A stretch of 64,000 nt of DNA, taken from NCBI RefSeq assembly GCF_009914755.1, contig NC_060928.1, one strand, 5' to 3'. The DNA comes from the human T2T-CHM13v2.0 reference genome, Homo sapiens. Position 1 is the stretch's first letter, and the number at the start of each line of letters is the position of its first letter. The position numbers and the translations under genes are program-made. Under the pieces are notes generated by a model that searched no databases, had not been told where the DNA came from, and was given only the letters and a program-made list of their open reading frames with translations. Of this stretch, positions 53,195-64,000 are shown piece after piece.

Positions 53195-55918
53195 CATTCT
53201 CAGAAACTTCTTTGTGTTGTGTGTACTCATGTAACAGTGTTGAACCATCCTTTTGACAGAGCAGTTTTGAAACACTCTTTTTGTAGAATCTGCAAGTGGA
53301 TATTTGGATAGCTTTGAGGATTTCGTTGGAAACGGGATGACATATAATATCTAGAGAGAAGCATTCTCAGGAACTTCTTTGTGATGTTTGCATTCAAGTC
53401 ACAGAATTGAACATTCCCTTTCATAGAGCAGGTTTGAAACACTCTTTCTCTAGTATCTGGAAGTGGGCATTTCAAGCGCTTTCAGGCCTATGGAGAGAAA
53501 GGAAATACCTTCAAATAAAAACTAGACAGAAGCATTCTCAGAAACTTATTTGTGATGTGTGTCCTCAACTAACAGAGTTGAACCTTTGTTTTGATACAGC
53601 ATTTTGGAAACACTCCTTTTGTAGAATCTGCAGGTGGATATTTGGATAACTTTGAAGATTTCGTTGGAAACCGGAATATCTTCATATAAAATCAAGACAG
53701 AAGCATTCTCGGAAACATCTCTGTGATGTTTGCATTCAACTCAGTAGAGTTGAACACTTCCTTTCATAGAGCAGGTTTGAAACACTCTTTCTGCACTACC
53801 TGGAAGCGGACATTTCGAGCGCTTTGAGGCCTATGGTGAAAAAGGAAATATCTTCTCATAAAAACCAGAAAGAAGCATTCTCAGAAACTTCTTTGTGTTG
53901 TGTGTACTCAAGTAACAGTGTTGAACCTTCCTTTTGACACAGCAGTTTTGAAACACTCTTTTGGTAGAATCTGCAAGTGGATATTTGGATAGCTTTGAGG
54001 ATTTCGTTGGAAACGGGTTATCTTCATATAAAATCCAGACAGGAGCATTCTCAGAAACTTCTTTGTGCTGCATGTCCTCAATTCACAGAGCTGAACCTTT
54101 GTTTGGATACAGCATTTTGGAAACATTCCTTTAGTAGAATCTGCAAGTTGATATTTAGATCGCTTTGAAGATTTCGTTGGAAACGGGAATATCTTCATAG
54201 AAAATCTAGACGGAAGCATTCTCAGAAACTGCTTTGTGATGTTTGCATTCAAGTCACAGAGTTGAATATTCCCTTTTATAGAGTAGGTTTGAAACACTCT
54301 TTTGGCACTACCTGGAAGTGGATATTTCGAGCTCTTTGAGGCCTATGGTTAAAAGGAAATATCTTCCCATAAAAACTAGACAGAAGCCGTCTCAGAAACT
54401 TGTTTGTGATGTGTGTATTCAACTAACAGAGTTGAACATTTCTGTTACAGAGCAATTTTAAAACACTCTTTTTGTGGAATCTGAAAGTGGATAATTGGAT
54501 AGCTTTGTGGATTTCGTTGGAAACGGGATGACGTATAAAATCTAGAGAGAAGCATTCTCAGGAACTTCTTTCTGATGTTTGCATTCAAGTCACAGAATTG
54601 AACATTCCTTTTCATAGTGCAGGTTTGAAACACTCTTTCTGTAGTATCTGGAAGTGGACATTTCAAGCGCTTTCAGGCCTACGGGGAGAAAGGAAATATC
54701 TTCAAATAAAAACTAGACAGAAGGATTCTCAGAAACTTATTTGTGATGTGTGTCCTAAACGAACACAGTTGAACCTTTGTTTTGATACAGCATTTTGGAA
54801 ACACTCCTTTTGTAGGATCTGCAGGTGGATATTTGGATAGATTTTAAGATTTCGTTGGAAACGGGAGTTTCTTCATAGAAACTCAAGACAGATGCATTCT
54901 CAGGAACATCTCTGTGATGTTTGCATTCCACTCATAGAGTTGAAAACTTCCTTTCATAGAGCAGGTTTGAAACACTCTTTTTGTAATATTTGGAAGTGGA
55001 CATTTGCAGCGCTTTGAGGCCTATGGTGAAAAAGGAAATATCTTCTCATAAAAACCAGAAACAAGCATTCTCAGAAACTTCTTTTTGATGTGTGTACTCA
55101 AGTAACAGAGTTGAACCTTCCTTTTGACACAGCAGTTTTGAAACAATCTTTTTGTAGAATCTGCAAGTGGATATTTGGATAGCTTTGAGGATTTCGTTGG
55201 AAACGGGATATCTTCATATAAAATCTAGACAGAAGCATTCTCAGAAACTTCTTTGTGCTGTATGTCCTCAATTAACAGAGTTGAACCATTGCTTGGATAC
55301 AGCATTTTGGAAACATTCCTTGAGTAGAATCTGCAAGTTGATATTTAGATAGATTTGAAGATTTCGTTGGAAAAGGGAATATCTCCATATAAAATCTAGA
55401 GGGAAGCATTCTCAGAAACTGCTTTGTGATGTTTCCATTCAAGTCACAGAGTTGAATATTCCCTTTTATAGAGCACGTTTGAAACACTCTTTCTGCACTA
55501 TCTGGAAGTGGACATTTCGAGCGCTTTGAGGCCTATGGTGAAAAAGGAAATATCTTCCCATAAAAACTAGACAGAAGCATTCTCAGAAACTTATTTGTGA
55601 TGTGTGTCCTCAACTAACAGAGTTGAACCTTGGTTTTGATACAGCATTTTGGAAACACTCCTTTTGTAGAATCTGCAGGTGGATATGTGGATAGCTCTGA
55701 AGATTTCGTTGGAAACGGGAATTTCTTCATATAAAATCAAACAGAAGCATTCTCAGAAACTTCTCAGTGATGTTTGCATTCAGCTCATGGAGTTGAACAC
55801 TTCCTTTCATAGAGCCGGTTTGAAACACTCTTTCTGCACTACCTGGAAGAGGCCATTTCGAGCGCTTTGAGTCCTATGGTGAAAAAGGAAATATCTTCTC
55901 ATAAAAACCAGAAAGAAG
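53195..55918 (+). repeat. 16-mer HOR variant (m1-14,18,19; 2724 bp)
   Basis: m14 is followed directly by m18 (cttatttgtg...ccttggtttt) at ~55578; m15-m17 are missing. Confidence 0.9.
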
Positions 55919-57958
55919 CATTCTCAGAAACTTCTTTGTGTTGTGTGTACTCATGTAACAGTGTTGAACCATCCTTTTGACAGAGCAGTTTTGAAACACT
56001 CTTTTTGTAGAATCTGCAAGTGGATATTTGGATAGCTTTGAGGATTTCGTTGGAAACGGGATGACATATAATACCTAGAGAGAAGCATTCTCAGGAACTT
56101 CTTTGTGATGTTTGCATTCAAGTCACAGAATTGAACATTCCCTTTCATAGAGCAGGTTTGAAACACTCTTTCTCTAGTATCTGGAAGTGGGCATTTCAAG
56201 CGCTTTCAGGCCTATGGAGAGAAAGGAAATACCTTCAAATAAAAACTAGACAGAATCATTCTCAGAAACTTATTTGTGATGTGTGTCCTCAACTAACAGA
56301 GTTGAACCTTTGTTTTGATACAGCATTTTGGAAACACTCCTTTTGTAGAATCTGCAGGTGGATATTTGGATAACTTTGAAGATTTCGTTGGAAACCGGAA
56401 TATCTTCATATAAAATCAAGACAGAAGCATTCTCGGAAACATCTCTGTGATGTTTGCATTCAACTCAGTAGAGTTGAACACTTCCTTTCATAGAGCCGGT
56501 TTGAAACACTCTTTCTGCACTACCTGGAAGCGGACATTTCGAGCGCTTTGAGGCCTATGGTGAAAAAGGAAATATCTTCTCATAAAAACCAGAAAGAAGC
56601 ATTCTCAGAAACTTCTTTGTGTTGTGTGTACTCAAGTAACAGTGTTGAACCTTCCTTTTGACACAGCAGTTTTGAAACACTCTTTTGGTAGAATCTGCAA
56701 GTGGATATTTGGATAGCTTTGAGGATTTCGTTGGAAACGGGTTATCTTCATATAAAATCCAGACAGGAGCATTCTCAGAAACTTCTTTGTGCTGCATATC
56801 CTCAATTCACAGAGCTGAACCTTTGTTTGGATACAGCATTTTGGAAACATTCCTTTAGTAGAATCTGCAAGTTGATATTTAGATAGCTTTGAAGATTTCG
56901 TTGGAAACGGGAATATCTTCATAGAAAATCTAGACGGAAGCATTCTCAGAAACTGCTTTGTGATGTTTGCATTCAAGTCACAGAGTTGAATATTCCCTTT
57001 TATAGAGTAGGTTTGAAACACTCTTTTGGCACTACCTGGAAGTGGATATTTCGAGCTCTTTGAGGCCTATGGTTAAAAGGAAATATCTTCCCATAAAAAC
57101 TAGACAGAAGCCGTCTCATAAACTTGTTTGTGATGTGTGTATTCAACTAACAGAGTTGAACATTTCTGTTACAGAGCAATTTTAAAACACTCTTTTAGTG
57201 GAATCTGAAAGTGGATAATTGGATAGCTTTGTGGATTTCGTTGGAAACGGGATGACGAATAAAATCTAGAGAGAAGCATTCTCAGGAACTTCTTTCTGAT
57301 GTTTGCATTCAAGTCACAGAATTGAACATTCCTTTTCATAGTGCAGGTTTGAAACACTCTTTCTGTAGTATCTGGAAGTGGACATTTCTAGCGCTTTCAG
57401 GCCTACGGGGAGAAAGGAAATATCTTCGAATAAAAACTAGACAGAAGCATCCTCAGAAACTTATTTGTGATGTGTGTCCTCAACTAACAGAGTTGAAACT
57501 TTGTTTTGATACAGCATTTTGGAAACACTCTTTTTGTAGAATCTGCAGGTGGATATTTGGATAGCTTAGAGGGATTCGTTGGAAAGGGGATATCTTCATA
57601 TAAAATCTAGACAGAAGCATTCTCAGAAACTTATTTGTGATGTGTGTCCTCAACTAACAGAGTTGAACCTTGGTTTTGATACAGCATTTTGGAAACACTC
57701 CTTTTGTAGAATCTGCAGGTGGATATGTGGATAGCTCTGAAGATTTCGTTGGAAACGGGAATTTCTTCATATAAAATCAAACAGAAGCATTCTCAGAAAC
57801 TTCTCAGTGATGTTTGCATTCAGCTCATGGAGTTGAACACTTCTTTTCATAGAACCGGTTTGAAACACTCTTTCTGCACTACCTGGAAGAGGACATTTCG
57901 AGCGCTTTGAGTCCTATGGTGAAAAAGGAAATATCTTCTCATAAAAACCAGAAAGAAG
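55919..57958 (+). repeat. 12-mer HOR variant (m1-8,9/16,17-19; 2040 bp)
   Basis: The m9 marker cctacgggg is followed within 20 bp by the m16 marker cttcgaat (57410-57428). Confidence 0.9.
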
Positions 57959-60900
57959 CATTCTCAGAAACTTCTTTGTGTTGTGTGTACTCATGTAACA
58001 GTGTTGAACCATCCTTTTGACAGAGCAGTTTTGAAACAGTCTTTTTGTAGAATCTGCAAGTGGATATATGGATAGCTTTGAGGATTTCGTTGGAAACGGG
58101 ATGACATATAATATCTAGAGAGAAGCATTCTCAGGAACTTCTTTGTGATGTTTGCATTCAAGTCACAGAATTGAACATTCCCTTTCATAGAGCAGGTTTG
58201 AAACACTCTTTCTCTAGTATCTGGAAGTGGGCATTTCAAGCGCTTTCAGGCCTATGGAGAGAAAGGAAATACCTTCAAATAAAAACTAGACAGAAGCATT
58301 CTCAGAAACTTATTCGTGATGTGTGTCCTCAACTAACAGAGTTGAACCTTTGTTTTGATACAGCATTTTGGAAACACTCCTTTTGTAGAATCTGCAGGTG
58401 GATATTTGGATAACTTTGAAGATTTCGTTGGAAACCGGAATATCTTCATATAAAATCAAGACAGAAGCATTCTCGGAAACATCTCTGTGATGTTTGCATT
58501 CAACTCAGTAGAGTTGAAGACTTCCTTTCATAGAGCAGGTTTGAAACACTCTTTCTGCACTACCTGGAAGCGGACATTTCGAGTGCTTTGAGGCCTATGG
58601 TGAAAAAGGAAATATCTTCTCATAAAAACCAGAAAGAAACATTCTCAGAAACTTCTTTGTGTTGTGTGTACTCAAGTAACAGTGTTGAACCTTCCTTTTG
58701 ACACAGCAGTTTTGAAACACTCTTTTGGTAGAATCTGCAAGTGGATATTTGGATAGCTTTGAGGATTTCGTTGGAAACGGGTTATCTTCATATAAAAACC
58801 AGACAGGAGCATTCTCAGAAACTTCTTTGTGCTGCATGTCCTCAATTCACAGAGCTGAACCTTTGTTTGGATACAGCATTTTGGAAACATTCCTTTAGTA
58901 GAATCTGCAAGTTGATATTTAGATAGCTTTGAAGATTTCGTTGGAAACGGGAATACCTTCATAGAAAATCTAGACGGAAGCATTCTCAGAAACTGCTTTC
59001 TGATGTTTGCATTCAAGTCACAGAGTTGAATATTCCCTTTTATAGAGTAGGTTTGAAACACTCTTTCGGCACTACCTGGAAGTGGATATTTCGAGCTCTT
59101 TGAGGCCTATGGTTAAAAGGAAATATCTTCCCATAAAAACTAGACAGAAGCCGTCTCAGAAACTTGTTTGTGATGTGTGTATTCAACTAACAGAGTTGAA
59201 CATTTCTGTTACAGAGCAATTTTAAAACACTCTTTTTGTGGAATCTGAAAGTGGATAATTGGATAGCTTTGTGGATTTCGTTGGAAACGGGATGACGTAT
59301 AAAATCTAGAGAGAAGCATTCTCAGGAACTTCTTTCTGATGTTTGCATTCAAGTCACAGAATTGAACATTCCTTTTCATAGTGCAGGTTTGAAACACTCT
59401 TTCTGTAGTATCTGGAAGTGGACATTTCAAGCGCTTTCAGGCCTACGGGGAGAAAGGAAATATCTTCAAATAAAAACTAGACAGAAGGATTCTCAGAAAC
59501 TTATTTGTGATGTGTGTCCTAAACGAACACAGTTGAACCTTTGTTTTGATACAGCATTTTGGAAACACTCCTTTTGTAGGATCTGCAGGTGGATATTTGG
59601 ATAGATTTTAAGATTTCGTTGGAAACGGGAGTTTCTTCATAGAAACTCAAGACAGATGCATTCTCAGTAACATCTCTGTGATGTTTGCATTCCACTCATA
59701 GAGTTGAAAACTTCCTTTCATAGAGCAGGTTTGAAACACTCTTTTTGTAATATATGGAAGTGGACATTTGCAGCACTTTGAGGCCTATGGTGAAAAAGGA
59801 AATATCTTCTCATAAAAACCAGAAACAAGCATTCTCAGAAACTTCTTTTTGATGTGTGTACTCAAGTAACAGAGTTGAACCTTCCTTTTGACACAGCAGT
59901 TTTGAAAAAATCTTTTTGTAGGATCTGCAAGTGGATATTTGGATAGCTTTGAGGATTTCGTTGGAAACGGGATATCTTCATATAAAATCTAGACAGAAGC
60001 ATTCTCAGAAACTTCTTTGTGCTGTATGTCCTCAATTAACAGAGTTGAACCATTGCTTGGATACAGCATTTTGGAAACATTCCTTGAGTAGAATCTGCAA
60101 GTTGATATTTAGATAGATTTGAAGATTTCGTTGGAAAAGGGAATATCTCCATATAAAATCTAGAGGGAAGCATTCTCAGAAACTGCTTTGTGATGTTTCC
60201 ATTCAAGTCACAGAGTTGAATATTCCCTTTTATAGAGCACGTTTGAAACACTCTTTCTGCACTATCTGGAAGTGGACATTTCGAGCGCTTTGAGGCCTAT
60301 GGTGAAAAAGGAAATATCTTCCCATAAAAACTAGACAGAAGCATTCTCAGAAACTTGTTTGTGATGTGTGTATTCAACTAACAGAGTTGAACTTTTGTTT
60401 TTACAGAGCCGTTTTAAAACACTCTTTTTGTGGAATCAGAAAGTGGATATTCGGATAGCTCTGAGGATTTCGTTGGAAGCGGGATTACATATAAAATCTA
60501 GAGAGAAGCATTCTCAGGAACTTCTTTGTGATGTTTGCATTGAAGTCACAGAATTGAACATTCACTTTGATAGAGCAGGTTTGAAACACTCATTCTGTAG
60601 TATCTGGAAGTGGACATTTCAAGCGCTTTCAGGCCTATGGTGAGAAAGGAAATATCTTCGAATAAAAACTAGACAGAAGCATCCTCAGAAACTTATTTGT
60701 GATGTGTGTCCTCAACTAACAGAGTTGAAACTTTGTTTTGATACAGCATTTTGGAAACACTCTTTTTGTAGAATCTGCAGGTGGATATTTGGATAGCTTA
60801 GAGGGATTCGTTGGAAAGGGGATATCTTCATATAAAATCTAGACAGAAGCATTCTCAGAAACTTATTTGTGATGTGTGTCCTCAACTAACAGAGTTGAAC

Positions 60901-61190
60901 CTTGGTTTTGATACAGCATTTTGGAAACACTCCTTTTGTAGAATCTGCAGGTGGATATGTGGATAGCTCTGAAGATTTCGTTGGAAACGGGAATTTCTTC
61001 ATATAAAATCAAACAGAAGCATTCTCAGAAACTTCTCAGTGATGTTTGCATTCAGCTCATGGAGTTGAACACTTCCTTTCATAGAGCCGGTTTGAAACAC
61101 TCTTTCTGCACTACCTGGAAGAGGACATTTCGAGCGCTTTGAGTCCTATGGTGAAAAAGGAAATATCTTCTCATAAAAACCAGAAAGAAG

Positions 61191-64000
61191 CATTCTCAGA
61201 AACTTCTTTGTGTTGTGTGTACTCATGTAACAGTGTTGAACCATCCTTTTGACAGAGCAGTTTTGAAACACTCTTTTTGTAGAATCCGCAAGTGGATATT
61301 TGGATAGCTTTGAGGATTTCGTTGGAAACGGGATGACATATAATATCTAGAGAGAAGCATTCTCAGGAACTTCTTTGTGATGTTTGCATTCAAGTCACAG
61401 AATTGAACATTCCCTTTCATAGAGCAGGTTTGAAACACTCTTTCTCTAGTATCTGGAAGTGGGCATTTCAAGCGCTTTCAGGCCTATGGAGAGAAAGGAA
61501 ATACCTTCAAATAAAAACTAGACAGAAGCATTCTCAGAAACTTATTTGTGATGTGTGCCCTCAACTAACAGAGTTGAACCTTTGTTTTGATACAGCATTT
61601 TGGAAACACTCCTTTTGTAGAATCTGCAGGTGGATATTTGGATAAATTTGAAGATTTCGTTGGAAACCGGAATATCTTCATATAAAATCAAGACAGAAGC
61701 ATTCTCGGAAACATCTCTGTGATGTTTACATTCCACTCATAGAGTTGAAAACTTCCTTTCATAGAGCAGGTTTGAAACACTCTTTTTGTAATATTTGGAA
61801 GTGGACATTTGCAGCGCTTTGAGGCCTATGGTGAAAAAGGAAATATCTTCTCATAAAAACCAGAAACAAGCATTCTCAGAAACTTCTTTTTGATGTGTGT
61901 ACTCAAGTAACAGAGTTGAACCTTCCTTTAGACACAGCAGTTTTGAAACAATCTTTTTGTAGAATCTGCAAGTGGATATTTGGATAGCTTTGAGGATTTC
62001 GTTGGAAACGGGATATCTTCATATAAAATCTAGACAGAAGCATTCTCAGAAACTTCTTTGTGCTGTATGTCCTCAATTAACAGAGTTGAACCATTGCTTG
62101 GATACAGCATTTTGGAAACATTCCTTGAGTAGAATCTGCAAGTTGATATTTAGATAGATTTGAAGATTTCGTTGGTAAAGGGAATATCTCCATATAAAAT
62201 CTAGAGGGAAGCATTCTCAGAAACTGCTTTGTGATGTTTCCATTCAAGTCACAGAGTTGAATATTCCCTTTTATAGAGCACGTTTGAAACACTCTTTCTG
62301 CACTATCTGGAAGTGGACATTTCGAGCGCTTTGAGGCCTATGGTGAAAAAGGAAATATCTTCCCATAAAAACTAGACAGAAGCATTCTCAGAAACTTGTT
62401 TGTGATGTGTGTATTCAACTAACAGAGTTGAACTTTTGTTTTTACAGAGCCGTTTTAAAACACTCTTTTTGTGGAATCAGAAAGTGGATATTCGGATAGC
62501 TCTGAGGATTTCGTTGGAAGCGGGATTACATATAAAATCTAGAGAGAAGCATTCTCAGGAACTTCTTTGTGATGTTTGCATTGAAGTCACAGAATTGAAC
62601 ATTCACTTTGATAGAGCAGGTTTGAAACACTCATTCTGTAGTATCTGGAAGTGGACATTTCAAGCGCTTTCAGGCCTATGGTGAGAAAGGAAATATCTTC
62701 GAATAAAAGCTAGACAGAAGCATCCTCAGAAACTTATTTGTGATGTGTGTCCTCAACTAACAGAGTTGAAACTTTGTTTTGATACAGCATTTTGGAAACA
62801 CTCTTTTTGTAGAATCTGCAGGTGGATATTTGGATAGCTTAGAGGGATTCGTTGGAAAGGGGATATCTTCATATAAAATCTAGACAGAAGCATTCTCAGA
62901 AACTTATTTGTGATGTGTGTCCTCAACTAACAGAGTTGAACCTTGGTTTTGATACAGCATTTTGGAAACACTCCTTTTGTAGAATCTGCAGGTGGATATG
63001 TGGATAGCTCTGAAGATTTCGTTGGAAACGGGAATTTCTTCATATAAAATCAAACAGAAGCATTCTCAGAAACTTCTCAGTGATGTTTGCATTCAGCTCA
63101 TGGAGTTGAACACTTCCTTTCATAGAGCCGGTTTGAAACACTCTTTCTGCACTACCTGGAAGAGGACATTTCGAGCGCTTTGAGTCCTATGGTGAAAAAG
63201 GAAATATCTTCTCATAAAAACCAGAAAGAAGCATTCTCAGAAACTTCTTTGTGTTGTGTGTACTCATGTAACAGTGTTGAACCATCCTTTTGACAGAGCA
63301 GTTTTGAAACACTCTTTTTGTAGAATCCGCAAGTGGATATTTGGATAGCTTTGAGGATTTCGTTGGAAACGGGATGACATATAATATCTAGAGAGAAGCA
63401 TTCTCAGGAACTTCTTTGTGATGTTTGCATTCAAGTCACAGAATTGAACATTCCCTTTCATAGATCAGGTTTGAAACACTCTTTCTCTAGTATCTGGAAG
63501 TGGGCATTTCAAGCGCTTTCAGGCCTATGGAGAGAAAGGAAATACCTTCAAATAAAAACTAGACAGAAGCATTCTCAGAAACTTATTTGTGATGTGTGTC
63601 CTCAACTAACAGAGTTGAACCTTTGTTTTGATACAGCATTTTGGAAACACTCCTTTTGTAGAATCTGCAGGTGGATATTTGGATAACTTTGAAGATTTCG
63701 TTGGAAACCGGAATATCTTCATATAAAATCAAGACAGAAGCATTCTCGGAAACAACTCTGTGATGTTTACATTCCACTCATAGAGTTGAAAACTTCCTTT
63801 CATAGAGCAGGTTTGAAACACTCTTTTTGTAATATTTGGAAGTGGACATTTGCAGCGCTTTGAGGCCTATGGTGAAAAAGGAAATATCTTCTCATAAAAA
63901 CCAGAAACAAGCATTCTCAGAAACTTCTTTTTGATGTGTGTACTCAAGTAACAGAGTTGAACCTTCCTTTTGACACAGCAGTTTTGAAACAATCTTTTTG
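61191..64000 (+). repeat. Two tandem 12-mer HOR variants (m1-3,4/11,12-19; 2041 bp; second copy truncated by the window end)
   Basis: The m4 start (ctcggaaac) is joined to the m11 body (ttccactcat) at ~61700-61735 and again at ~63741-63775. Units start at 61191 and 63232. Confidence 0.9.

Larger units (their letters stand above)
1..64000 (+). repeat. Centromeric alpha-satellite tandem array (~171-bp monomers, about 376 copies, one orientation), suprachromosomal-family-2-like HOR array
   Basis: The motifs cattctcagaaact, gagttgaac, tttgaaacactc and ttcgttggaaacggg / ggcctatggtgaaaaaggaa recur every 166-172 bp from start to end. I saw no non-alphoid insert or inversion. Confidence 0.99.
17351..64000 (+). 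repeat. D4Z1: 19-mer alpha-satellite HOR domain (3232-bp unit), probably human chr4 D4Z1 (S2C4H1L)
   Basis: Full units of 3231-3232 bp start at 18498, 21730, 31762, 34994, 40268, 43500, 46731, 49963 and 57959; I counted 19 monomers per unit. The chromosome assignment rests on the recalled 19-mer/3.2-kb size of D4Z1, not on a database search. Confidence 0.85.

Noticed and set aside
16-63777. About 200 short ORFs (61-166 aa) on both strands, Cys/His/Trp-rich
   Set aside because: They recur at HOR periodicity, overlap on opposite strands, often start at GTG/TTG, and gain or lose stops through single SNVs. They show no recognisable domain or zinc-finger spacing and are translations of alpha-satellite.
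1-64000. CRISPR-like appearance of conserved motifs separated by variable sequence
   Set aside because: The 'spacers' are homologous parts of 171-bp monomers rather than unique sequences, and there are no cas genes.
1-64000. Alu/L1 insertion, inversion or other satellite block
   Set aside because: Monomer phase and orientation are continuous throughout; I saw no poly-A tail, target-site duplication or foreign sequence.

Overview
The whole 64 kb is uninterrupted, single-orientation primate (most likely human) centromeric alpha-satellite: ~171-bp monomers with CENP-B boxes and pJ-alpha boxes, arranged in higher-order repeats (HORs). I found no genes, RNA genes, transposons or CRISPR arrays; all listed ORFs are periodic by-products of the satellite. 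There are two domains. From 1 to ~17.35 kb is a 14-monomer HOR (2383 bp, a dimer of a 7-mer). From ~17.35 kb to the end is a 19-monomer HOR (3232 bp), whose size matches what I recall for the human chr4 D4Z1/S2C4H1L array. The 19-mer domain contains 4-, 8-, 12- and 16-mer structural variants. Monomer labels are mine, not published numbering: m1-m19 start at 18498, each at the 'cattctcagaaac'-like motif, and fall into 7 ancestral classes a-g. The main points of interest are a 14-mer with three monomers absent from the 19-mer, a ~40-bp switch point between the domains, a readable 7-mer ancestry of the 19-mer, and repeated independent in-register 7-monomer deletions. All counts and breakpoints were read by eye and need alignment-based confirmation.
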